Below, piece by piece: positions 28,545 through 36,215 of a stretch of 64,000 nucleotides of DNA (position 1 is its first letter; each line of letters begins with the position of its first letter). The stretch is from Pyrodictiaceae archaeon. Lineage in GTDB: Archaea; Thermoproteota; Thermoprotei_A; Sulfolobales; WANQ01. Location of the stretch: assembly GCA_015521735.1 (NCBI GenBank), contig WANQ01000038.1, forward strand, positions 30,705 through 94,704. Direction: 5' to 3'. The notes beneath the pieces were generated by a model. The model saw only the letters and a program-made list of their open reading frames with translations, was not told where the DNA came from and did not search any database. A program made the translations under genes and the position numbers.

Positions 28545-28700
28545 GGTATTCCATAAAGGTAAAGATCATGTAACTACGAACGAAGAATTGCAAACCCTAT
28601 CTGGAGACATAGAACTTACAATAGCTAAAACCTAATATGCCACAATACGGTGTCTATGTGAACTTATAGCCAAGGATACGTATGCACATATCTACAACGT
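28545..28700 (+). repeat. Repeat copy A: remnant of a PIN-gene 3' end plus its downstream sequence
   Basis: By eye about 80% identical to 31322-31400 (part 1) and 31949-32027 (part 2). The two parts are contiguous here. Confidence 0.7.
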
Positions 28701-28874
28701 CCTTAAGGATCTCAAGGATACGTCTCTCATGGCAATCAAATGCTCTGGGAAAAGTACTTTACACTTCATAAATATTCCAGTTTTAGAAATACCATTATAT
28801 GCATGAGTATGGTTCTGAATTTCACGTTAAGGAGAACATGTAGACGTGAGGGGTTTTATTACCGTAGAGTATGT

Positions 28875-29186
28875 CTATGTAGTTACACTATGGTGTTGTT
28901 TCTCTATCTTCTCTTTTACGTACTTTAGCGCTTTCTTGAGTGCTTCTTCAATGTTTCCAGGATAATGGTATGGCTTTACTATATGATCATGTTTTTCGTG
29001 GAAGTGATGAGGAAACGTTGATATATGTCTATGTGTTTCATGGGGTGTATTATCCCATCGATATACAGTACCATCTATATGACACCTCTCCCAATGTATG
29101 GCGTATCTATTAGGCAGTCTTCGCGAAATCCATACATCAATAAAGCTTTCATCGATGAGGTATATCCTTAATTTACCATACACCAT
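28875..29186 (-). CDS. DUF6516 (TumE-family) toxin-like protein
   Basis: YAIHWERCHIDGTVYRWDNTPHETHRHISTFPHHFHEKHD fits the remembered Y.YHW...RYDNAPHH...FPHHKH pattern. The frame stays open and protein-like upstream to 29288 but has no canonical start there. Confidence 0.6.
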   Translation of the reverse strand: MVYGKLRIYLIDESFIDVWISRRLPNRYAIHWERCHIDGTVYRWDNTPHETHRHISTFPHHFHEKHDHIVKPYHYPGNIEEALKKALKYVKEKIEKQHHSVTT

Positions 29187-29268
29187 CTCTGCATCAACAA
29201 CTATTTCTGGATATAAGCTAATAGCAAGCTCTCTAAGCCTCTCAAGTATTTCATCTACATTATCGCTT

Positions 29269-29574
29269 TCACTGACTTTCCATGCCTCTCAATTCCTCTA
29301 AAAGTTTCTTCAACTTCTCCTCTCGGTCAAGTAAGTAATCGAGACGAGTAAGATCCTCAAAGACTTTTGTTTCCTCTAGTTCTCCTCGCCTAATCTTCTC
29401 GTCAAGTTCTTCAATACTCGATACACCATATCGAGCCATAATGAGTTTAGATTCTAACCTAACATGTCTAAGCTCAGATAAAATATACTGGCGTAATGCC
29501 TCTTTTTCTAATACATCCTCTTCAACACCAAGTATCTTGGATACCCTTTTATATAATAGACTAGTCAATTCCAA
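29269..29574 (-). CDS. Small helical protein upstream of the DUF6516-like gene, putative antitoxin partner
   Basis: 101 aa with TTG start and charged helical sequence. Position and size fit a type II antitoxin. Family not recognised. Confidence 0.45.
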   Translation of the reverse strand: MELTSLLYKRVSKILGVEEDVLEKEALRQYILSELRHVRLESKLIMARYGVSSIEELDEKIRRGELEETKVFEDLTRLDYLLDREEKLKKLLEELRGMESQ

Positions 29575-30401
29575 ACACCATCGACTCTAACTATACTTTA
29601 AGATATCCGGCCTCATAATTCTAACGCCAAAATCCTAAACCCTAACGATGCAATACATCGTAATAATTCGCTAATGTATAGATAAGCTCTAAAGAGAATA
29701 CGAAATCTCTTTCAGAGTAGCATTAGGAAGCTTCTTCTGCTTCCACGACAAATACTCTTGAAGCCCTCTCATGCACCCCTTTACCTCTGATTTTATTTTC
29801 AACAAGCTTTACGAATTCTTAGAAAACATAACTATTCGAACCTTCTCACTTCCCTAAGTCTGCCTTATCAGAGAAATCCAAGACACTATACTATCATAAC
29901 GGATACGAATAACCTTACCACAGTATCCACAGTGCCAATCCCCACCTCATGCTATCGTACTTAGTTTCAACAAATTATTCTTATACTATCACCTCGTCAT
30001 ACACCTAGCTGATATGCCCAAGAGATATTTACATTTGATATACTGATCTGGTAGCAATGATATACTTGGTGAGTTAAAGTCAATCAGAAGTGATTAGAGT
30101 TCATAAGGAATTGCTTAGTGAGGCTACAGAAACTTAAATCCTAGACTACAAGTGTCTTGGCGATAGGTCGGGTGAAAATTAACATAAACATAACTAATAT
30201 GCCAAGCTAGCATAAACGGTATTTTTAACTAGCACTATCAAGGCAACCATTAATTGAAATACCAGATGAATGAAACGGGTATTGTATTTAGGAACACCTT
30301 ACTACTAACATTACGAGGATGCATGGGTGTAATATCTTAACGTGATAAGTTAGCTCCTTGAGCAATCATTTAGCCATGAAATGGCGCATTACGTTGAGAT
30401 A

Positions 30402-30566
30402 TTATACTTTCTTCCATATTCTTAGCCATGGAACTCTATTGAAGTCTTCGTTAAATGTAGCAATGTTCTTTATGTTGTAGGCTTTACATGTAGCTACTAT
30501 TAGGGCGTCATTTGGTAATAATTTATACTTAACTATATGTATCTTATCAAGGTGTCCGTGCCACAC
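30402..30566 (-). pseudogene. PIN-domain (VapC) C-terminal remnant
   Basis: Translation ..LPNDALIVATCKAYNIKNIATFNEDFNRVPWLRIWKKV* is a typical PIN C-terminus (DALI.A......l.T.D.DF). Only 54 codons are open, with stops upstream. A further short remnant (..LNISRYKLKECIAEYVDKVKELLE*) lies at about 30600-30700. Confidence 0.6.
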
Positions 30567-30796
30567 TAGTTGGTAAATGATTGAAGTTTACGACAATGGA
30601 TATACATCTTATTCTAATAATTCTTTAACCTTATCTACGTACTCGGCTATGCACTCCTTAAGCTTGTACCTAGATATGTTAAGAGCTAGTACTGATTACT
30701 ATATCCCTATGAAGCTTTGATTAATAAGATCTTTAATAAGGATAAGATTATACCAAGTTTTAAGTTTGGTAAGAACGTTATCTGTAGTGGGGTTGA

Positions 30797-31012
30797 ATGA
30801 TGTCTAGGGTTGTTACTGTGGAGCTGCCTCCATGGCTTTCCGAAGAAGAGTTTAAGAGGATAGTTAAGGAGATTGTCGCTAAGCTGGGAGGTAGAGTTAG
30901 TGTTGATGAGCTTAGGAAAGAACTTGGTATTAAACCTGGAGATCTAGTAGAGGAGATTGAAACATACAATGTAGAATATTTAGAGCTTAAAGAGAAGGAG
31001 AGATTGAAATGA
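30797..31012 (+). CDS. vapB: VapB-like antitoxin (family not recognised)
   Basis: 71-aa ORF overlapping the downstream PIN gene by 4 nt (ATGA). Confidence 0.55.
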   Translation: MMSRVVTVELPPWLSEEEFKRIVKEIVAKLGGRVSVDELRKELGIKPGDLVEEIETYNVEYLELKEKERLK

Positions 31013-31350
31013 CGATACTCGATACGAGTGTAGTCATCGATAAAGTTAAGTTGAGAAAACCCATTAATGAAGATATAACAGTTGTTACATTAGTTGAATA
31101 TCCTAAGATTGTCTATTACAAGTACTTCTATGGAGGAGTAGTATTTCCCATTAAACAAGACTTTATCTTAGCACATAGGCTTCAACTGGAACTCCTCAAA
31201 ATAGGTAAACCACAAGCTTTCTCTGATCTACTGATAGCTGCGATAGTTGTAAATAGGGATGAAGAACTGATTACACGAGATCAAGACTTTAAGTACATAA
31301 GTGATGCTGCAAAAATGCTAGGGTATTCCATGAAGGTAAAGATCGTGTAA
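31009..31350 (+). CDS. vapC: PIN-domain toxin VapC
   Basis: MTILDTSVVID N-terminus and C-terminal LLIAAIVVNRDEELITRDQDF, carrying the PIN acidic residues. Confidence 0.8.
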   Translation: MTILDTSVVIDKVKLRKPINEDITVVTLVEYPKIVYYKYFYGGVVFPIKQDFILAHRLQLELLKIGKPQAFSDLLIAAIVVNRDEELITRDQDFKYISDAAKMLGYSMKVKIV

Positions 31351-31400
31351 CTATGAACAGAAAGTCGCGAACTTAATCTAAGAACGCAGAACTTACAATA
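31322..31400 (+). repeat. Repeat copy B, part 1 (3' end of vapC plus downstream sequence)
   Basis: Aligns with 28545-28624: GGTATTCCAT(A/G)AAGGTAAAGATC(A/G)TGTAACTA..GAACTTACAATA. Confidence 0.7.
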
Positions 31401-31817
31401 CTTACGATAACTAGGTATCCAAAAGTCAAGCTCTATCCCACCGCTTTAAATAAACATCTCTCCAGAATGATGGATCTGCGAAATGTACGAGTTTGGAATT
31501 CCTGCAATATATCATTTTGCTAACACTTAATTATTAATCATAACTATGCAGCAAAGCTGGAATATGTCTAGAGACCCCGAGCTAACATGCTAATTGCCAC
31601 CAGGAGGAAACGATTAAGAGCTTTATGCTTAGAGCATTGGTTTTACTGTTCAATTAGAAGATCCCCGCCTCAGCCAAGAATCATAAACTCTTAAGAGAGG
31701 AATTCGGATCTGGATTCAAACCGCAATTTAAAGTCTAATACAGTAGCTTAAAAATGACGATATAACACAATAGTTGTCATCAATTAGAGACACATCGTAA
31801 ACTCTATGAAAATTATT

Positions 31818-31859
31818 TGGTGGGGCAGCAGGGATTTGAACCCTGGATCACGGGGCCCC
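31818..31859 (-). other. Isolated tRNA 3' half-like fragment (T arm, acceptor 3' strand, CCA)
   Basis: Reverse complement GGGGCCCCGTGATCCAGGGTTCAAATCCCTGCTGCCCCACCA. About 90% identical to the 3' half of tRNA-Pro at 33215-33291, with a compensated T-stem pair (CAGGG/CCCTG versus CGGGG/CCCCG). No matching 5' half is adjacent. Confidence 0.7.
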
Positions 31860-31948
31860 TAGCGATATGCCAGAGGCAATTCAGTAAGCATATGGTCGAT
31901 ATGCCAAGTAGGCATAAACGATATTCAACAAATACGTTCATAACAGCT

Positions 31949-32027
31949 ATTAGCTAAAACCTGATATGCCACGATATTGTATCTATGTGAGCTTCCTGCC
32001 AAGACCATGTACGTATTTACAACGTTC
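31949..32027 (+). repeat. Repeat copy B, part 2
   Basis: Aligns with 28621-28700: TAGCTAAAACCT(A/G)ATATGCCAC(A/G)ATA..GT(G/A)TCTATGTGA(A/G)CTT..CCAAG..TACGTAT..TACAACGT. Separated from part 1 by about 548 bp that are absent in copy A. Confidence 0.7.
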
Positions 32028-32277
32028 TCATAACCTAAGTAGCTATATCTTGTAATCGTTAGGTAGGGTCTTCGGGTAGATGAAGTACTCTTAAACTTGG
32101 AATATGTTAGTGTAGTGTTGATAGTGCTAAGCTTTGCCTTAACTTGAAAATATGTTATTTTGATGGGAGTATATGACTTAGGCGTGGATACAACCATTTA
32201 GAACACTACGCGGATATGTTCGGATAATTCAGGGTATTGCAGGTATGTATGACTAAGTGAGAAGGTGGCTAATGTTA

Positions 32278-32799
32278 TTAGGGCTTATTGTTACCATTTA
32301 GTTCCTTTAAGATTTCTTCTTCACTTGTCGCTCTCACTAATATGGTCTTTACGTTAAGATTTCTCGCATGAATAGCCATAGGCTCATCATCTGTTAGTAG
32401 TAGGGCTTTAACCTTCAACGCTAATGCTATGAAGTAGGTATCGAATCCTGATGGAGCCTCCAACAATGCTATCTCCACTGCCTTGTTAAATATTAAATCT
32501 TCACTAACTATAATGAAGGTTTTCTCAATAGTATCCAATATATTATTCACTGTATCTCGACTCAAACTATTCCTTCTTAGTACTGTAGCTACCTCAACGA
32601 GTCCAGCTCTGGGAAAATATACAAAGTGCCTCTTTTTCTTAAGCAGCCTCATGATAGCCCTACACTTCTTATGAGTAGACAATTCTCTGTCATGAATATT
32701 ACGTGGCAAGTGTTTAGCTGGTTTCAATAAACTCTTTACAATGACCGTTGTATCTAAGACTACACTAGCTATTCCTTCTTGCACGTCCACGTACCTCAT
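32278..32799 (-). CDS. vapC: PIN-domain protein (VapC-like toxin)
   Basis: [13 protein letters not shown]-terminal motif and [23 protein letters not shown]-terminal motif. Overlaps the upstream DUF104 antitoxin gene. Confidence 0.75.
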   Translation of the reverse strand: MRYVDVQEGIASVVLDTTVIVKSLLKPAKHLPRNIHDRELSTHKKCRAIMRLLKKKRHFVYFPRAGLVEVATVLRRNSLSRDTVNNILDTIEKTFIIVSEDLIFNKAVEIALLEAPSGFDTYFIALALKVKALLLTDDEPMAIHARNLNVKTILVRATSEEEILKELNGNNKP

Positions 32800-32971
32800 C
32801 AATAATCTCATCTATATTCTCCTTAGCCTCCAATTCAAGCCTCTCAACAAGATCGTAGAAATCCTCCCCAGCGAGGATAACTATCTTCACTTTCTCTCCC
32901 TCCTTCAACCTGACTTTCTCTAATGGTCTAAACACGCCTCTCTCGTATACTGCCTCCACAACCCTCGACAT
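32765..32971 (-). CDS. DUF104 (AF2212-like) antitoxin
   Basis: [32 protein letters not shown] is the characteristic DUF104 N-terminus. Confidence 0.75.
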   Translation of the reverse strand: MSRVVEAVYERGVFRPLEKVRLKEGEKVKIVILAGEDFYDLVERLELEAKENIDEIIDEVRGRARRNS

Positions 32972-33214
32972 AAGCATATACCCCACATAATAGTATGTTA
33001 CAATGCTTTAATAAATAACTTAGCCGTAACTAATCCAAGCAGACATCAATAGTAAGAGTAGCAATTACTAGTCCCTACTACTACGATTTATTTATAGCTG
33101 ATGAGTGTGACCAATAACTATCTATAACCATCGTAATTGGTAATGAAAGCATTGATATGTCGTGCTATGTCATGCCGTACTAGTTAACTGAGAACTATTG
33201 TACATGTGTTTGTT

Positions 33215-33291
33215 TGGTGGGGCCGCGGGGATTTGAACCCCGGACCACGGGGGCCCAAGCCCCGCATCCTACCAAGCTAGACTACGGCCCC
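33215..33291 (-). tRNA. tRNA-Pro (anticodon UGG), CCA encoded
   Basis: Reverse complement GGGGCCGTAGTCTAGCTTGGTAGGATGCGGGGCTTGGGCCCCCGTGGTCCGGGGTTCAAATCCCCGCGGCCCCACCA. Anticodon loop CTTGGGC. Confidence 0.9.
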
Positions 33292-33344
33292 TTACTCTAT
33301 GCTTGTTGTAGGGTTTGGTTGGGTATTTATTGTTTGTGGGTATG

Positions 33345-33457
33345 TGGTAGCCGGGCGGGGATTCGAACCCCGGTCACGGGGGTTCTCCCCTTCCCCGACC
33401 GTGGCGGTCGGGTTTCGGGCCAGAGCCCCGCATCCTTGACCGCTAGACGACCCGGCT
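33345..33457 (-). tRNA. tRNA-Gln (anticodon CUG) with a 37-nt intron at the canonical 37/38 position (33383-33419), CCA encoded
   Basis: The exons are identical to tRNA-Gln(UUG) at 1845-1920 except for anticodon base 34. The inserted sequence CCCGAAACCCGACCGCCACGGTCGGGGAAGGGGAGAA contains a 7-bp hairpin, CCCGACC/GGTCGGG. Confidence 0.85.
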
Positions 33458-33614
33458 TTCCGTGGTATATTTTGTGTGGTTGGGTGGGGTTTTCTGTTTT
33501 ACTGTATTTTTCCTTGTATTTCATATAGGTTTTTAAGCTCTGAGTGGGTAAGGTTTATTAGTGGGGGTTTTAAAGGTATCGTTTACTGTGTGTATTTGGG
33601 GGTGTAGGTTTAGA

Positions 33615-34544
33615 ATGGTCTTGTCTGGTGAAGATGAACCTGTTATTGAGTCTGAAGAGTGTCCTCCTGATAAAATAGTGTTTGACCCGGAGAGGGGCGA
33701 GTATATTTGTACTGAGACTGGTGAGGTTATTGAGGCTCGTGTTATTGATCAGGGTCCTGAGTGGAGGGCTTTTACTCCTGAAGAAAAGGAGCGTCGTAGT
33801 CGTGTTGGTGGCCCGTTAACGCCTACCGTTCATGATAAAGGCTTGTCTACAGTTATTGATTGGCGTGACCGTGATGCTAGTGGTAAGAGGCTTGAACCTC
33901 GTCGTCGATTAGAGGTTCTTCGTTGGAGGAAGTGGCAGATACGTGCTCGTATTCAGAGTAGTATTGACCGTAATCTTGCCCAAGCTATGAATGAGTTGGA
34001 ACGTATTGCTAGCTTACTAGGCCTTCCACGTACTGTTAAGGAGGAAGCAGCTATAATTTACCGTAAAGCAGTTGACAAGGGCCTTGTACGTGGTAGGAGT
34101 ATTGAGAGTGTTGTAGCAGCAGCCATATACGCAGCGTGTCGCCGTCTACGTATACCTCGTACACTAGACGAGATAGCGCAATACACTAAGGCTGACCGTA
34201 AAGAAGTTGCTCGTTGCTATAGGCTTATACTACGTGAGCTAAGGGTTCGCGTACCTATAGCTGATCCAGCTGATCATGTTCCACGTATTGCTAGTCTACT
34301 AGGATTAAGTGGTGCTACTATTAGGACAGCTATAGAGATACTACGTAAGGCTCGTGAAAAAGGAATAACAGCTGGTAAAGACCCAGCAGGATTAGCAGCA
34401 GCAGCTATATACATAGCCGCATTGCTAAACGATGAGAGGAGGACGCAGAAAGAGATAGCTCAGATAGCAGGAGTTACCGAGGTAACAGTACGTAACCGCT
34501 ACAAGGAATTAGCTAGAGAACTAGGTATAACTCTTCCACAATAA
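33615..34544 (+). CDS. tfb: Transcription initiation factor IIB (TFB)
   Basis: [53 protein letters not shown]-terminus plus two cyclin folds. Start moved to ATG 33615. Confidence 0.9.
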   Translation: MVLSGEDEPVIESEECPPDKIVFDPERGEYICTETGEVIEARVIDQGPEWRAFTPEEKERRSRVGGPLTPTVHDKGLSTVIDWRDRDASGKRLEPRRRLEVLRWRKWQIRARIQSSIDRNLAQAMNELERIASLLGLPRTVKEEAAIIYRKAVDKGLVRGRSIESVVAAAIYAACRRLRIPRTLDEIAQYTKADRKEVARCYRLILRELRVRVPIADPADHVPRIASLLGLSGATIRTAIEILRKAREKGITAGKDPAGLAAAAIYIAALLNDERRTQKEIAQIAGVTEVTVRNRYKELARELGITLPQ

Positions 34545-34604
34545 GGAATTAGTGGAAGAGAAAATAATTGTTTTAAACTAAAAAGAGTCTTTTACCTTAA
34601 AAGA

Positions 34605-34937
34605 CTACTCTATTATTATAATGTTTTCTTCAGGGAATCCTAGTTCTACTAGAATCTCCTTAACACGGTGTCTATGATCTCCCTGTAACTCTATTCTACC
34701 ATTCTTAGCTGTACCACCAGTAGCTAGTCTAGACTTAAGCTGTGAAGCAAGTTTCTTTAAGTTGAACTCTTTTTCATCTACACCCTCGATAATAGTGACC
34801 TCTTTACCAAACTTTCTCTTCTCAAGACGTATCTTTATTACTTGTTCTTCTTTTGTTAACTGCTCATATATCTCTGGTGGTAGGGCTCCAAATATTGAGG
34901 AATAATCTTTTCCCATACTCTTTTTCAGCCCTTCCAT
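34605..34937 (-). CDS. sui1: Translation initiation factor aSUI1 (eIF1 homologue)
   Basis: [20 protein letters not shown]...[19 protein letters not shown] is the SUI1 signature. The start is uncertain (ATG 34937 or 34916). The TTG at 34976 sits too close to the TATA box. Confidence 0.85.
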   Translation of the reverse strand: MEGLKKSMGKDYSSIFGALPPEIYEQLTKEEQVIKIRLEKRKFGKEVTIIEGVDEKEFNLKKLASQLKSRLATGGTAKNGRIELQGDHRHRVKEILVELGFPEENIIIIE

Positions 34938-34979
34938 ATTTTCTAGGTATTCTTCTCGTACCCTTATGGTAGGCAAGGC

Positions 34980-34985
34980 TTATAA
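34980..34985. promoter_or_regulatory. Palindromic TATA element TTATAA between divergent sui1 and rpoP
   Basis: GCTTATAAAC is the only TATA-like element in the roughly 85-bp divergent spacer. It lies about 40-45 nt from both candidate start codons. Confidence 0.4.
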
Positions 34986-35021
34986 ACGTTCTTCCCAGCT
35001 ACTACTGGCTGGGATCTGGGA

Positions 35022-35189
35022 GTGACATCGTCTACTGGTCAAGTATTGTATCGTTGTGGTAAGTGTGGTAGGGTATTTGATCTTATGCAGTTAAGGATAC
35101 TTGCTCCAAGAGTACGTTGTCCGCATTGTGGTTATAGAGTAATATACAAGGTTAGAACTCCCGTCTTAAAGAAGGTTAAAGCTATTTAG
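35022..35189 (+). CDS. rpoP: DNA-directed RNA polymerase subunit P (Rpo12/RpoP), absent from the supplied ORF track (<60 aa)
   Basis: Translation [55 protein letters not shown] has two CxxC pairs and the ..YRCGKCG...RCPYCGY..I.......K.vKAI pattern of archaeal RpoP. Alternative TTG start at 35046. Overlaps the speB 3' end by 8 nt. Confidence 0.85.
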   Translation: MTSSTGQVLYRCGKCGRVFDLMQLRILAPRVRCPHCGYRVIYKVRTPVLKKVKAI

Positions 35190-36099
35190 ACTTCCTAAGC
35201 CTTAGCTCTGCTATGAGCTTGGATGAGACTTCAACTAGTGTTTTAGCAGCTAGTATGCTAGTTACTCCGCTTCTATCGTAGTCTGGTGTAACTTCTACTA
35301 TATCGAATCCTATTAGTCTCTTATCAACTACTAGGCTTACTATGTCAAATAGTGTTGCAGGATCTAATCCTTCTGGCTCTGGGTTTCCTACTCCTGGTGC
35401 ATAGGCGGGATCATATACATCCATGTCTATTGATAAGTATGTGTGCTCGCATTTCTCCATCCACTGTCTTATACGTCTACTGGATTCACGTATTCCGAGT
35501 ATACGTATTTGTATAGGTGTTAGGTAAGGTATGCCTTGCTTACGTGCATAGTCTAGTTCGCTAGACGTAAATGCTCTAACACCAATAACGAATACGTGGT
35601 CTGTTCCTAGTAGTTCTACTATTCTTCTAAGAGTTGATGCATGGCTAAGCTTTAATCCTAGGTAATCATTTCTTAGGTCAAAGTGTGCGTCAAAATATAT
35701 TATGCAAGGCTTATACTTTAGCAAGCCCTTAACTATAGCATAGGTTATAAGGTGTTCACCTCCAAGAAATACGAGTCTATCCCCAATACCTAGTAGTTCT
35801 TCAGTAACCCTTGTAATCCTATTAAGGTTCTCTTCAATACTTCCAGGAATTAATGCTACGTCACCTAGATCTCTGACACCAAAGTCTTCAAAGTCTACTC
35901 CACTACGAAGTGAGTAGAACTCTATATTACATGAAGCCTGCCTTATAGCTTGAGGAGCAAAACGTGAACCTGGTCTAAAACTAGCAGTTGTATCTAATGG
36001 TACACCAACTAGTACTAAAGGTGTTTCACGTTTAGGTTCAAAGCATCCGAACACGTATGGTGTTTTAGAAACATATATGTCTAGAAGCCCCACTCTCAA
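35182..36099 (-). CDS. speB: Agmatinase (ureohydrolase family)
   Basis: Mn-binding motifs [17 protein letters not shown] and [22 protein letters not shown]. Confidence 0.85.
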   Translation of the reverse strand: MRVGLLDIYVSKTPYVFGCFEPKRETPLVLVGVPLDTTASFRPGSRFAPQAIRQASCNIEFYSLRSGVDFEDFGVRDLGDVALIPGSIEENLNRITRVTEELLGIGDRLVFLGGEHLITYAIVKGLLKYKPCIIYFDAHFDLRNDYLGLKLSHASTLRRIVELLGTDHVFVIGVRAFTSSELDYARKQGIPYLTPIQIRILGIRESSRRIRQWMEKCEHTYLSIDMDVYDPAYAPGVGNPEPEGLDPATLFDIVSLVVDKRLIGFDIVEVTPDYDRSGVTSILAAKTLVEVSSKLIAELRLRKSK

Positions 36100-36215
36100 C
36101 GCCTCATCTAAACACCTTAGCTTTCTTGGTAGAATATGGTTAAATATACTCCCTATTAAGCACTACACATAAGTACTAGGCCTACATAACATCAAGAAAG
36201 TGTAGGTATACTCCC

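Noticed and set aside
28740-28928. 62-aa plus-strand ORF after malK.
   Set aside because: It lies in repeat/remnant sequence, overlaps the DUF6516-like gene's 3' end, and its translation is low-complexity and Cys/Leu-rich.
31925-32197. 90-aa minus-strand ORF.
   Set aside because: It spans repeat copy B part 2 and non-coding remnant sequence. Its composition is implausible (T/S/Y-rich) and there is no ribosome-binding site.
28499-33214. Calling the island an intact integrated virus, plasmid or other mobile element.
   Set aside because: No integrase, transposase, replication or structural genes are recognisable. Only TA modules, remnants and a tRNA fragment remain, so I report it as a decayed island rather than a mobile_element feature.
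33214-33528. ORF-track entries 33214-33528 (+) and 33327-33524 (-).
   Set aside because: They overlap tRNA-Pro and the intron-containing tRNA-Gln. These are the same GC-rich RNA artefact.
33615-33720. The TFB zinc ribbon has only two cysteines (ECPPD...YICTETG) instead of CxxC...CxxC.
   Set aside because: As far as I remember, the same CPPDKI.FD.ERGEYIC.ETGEV sequence occurs in Sulfolobus TFB1. It therefore appears to be a normal crenarchaeal feature and not a novelty.
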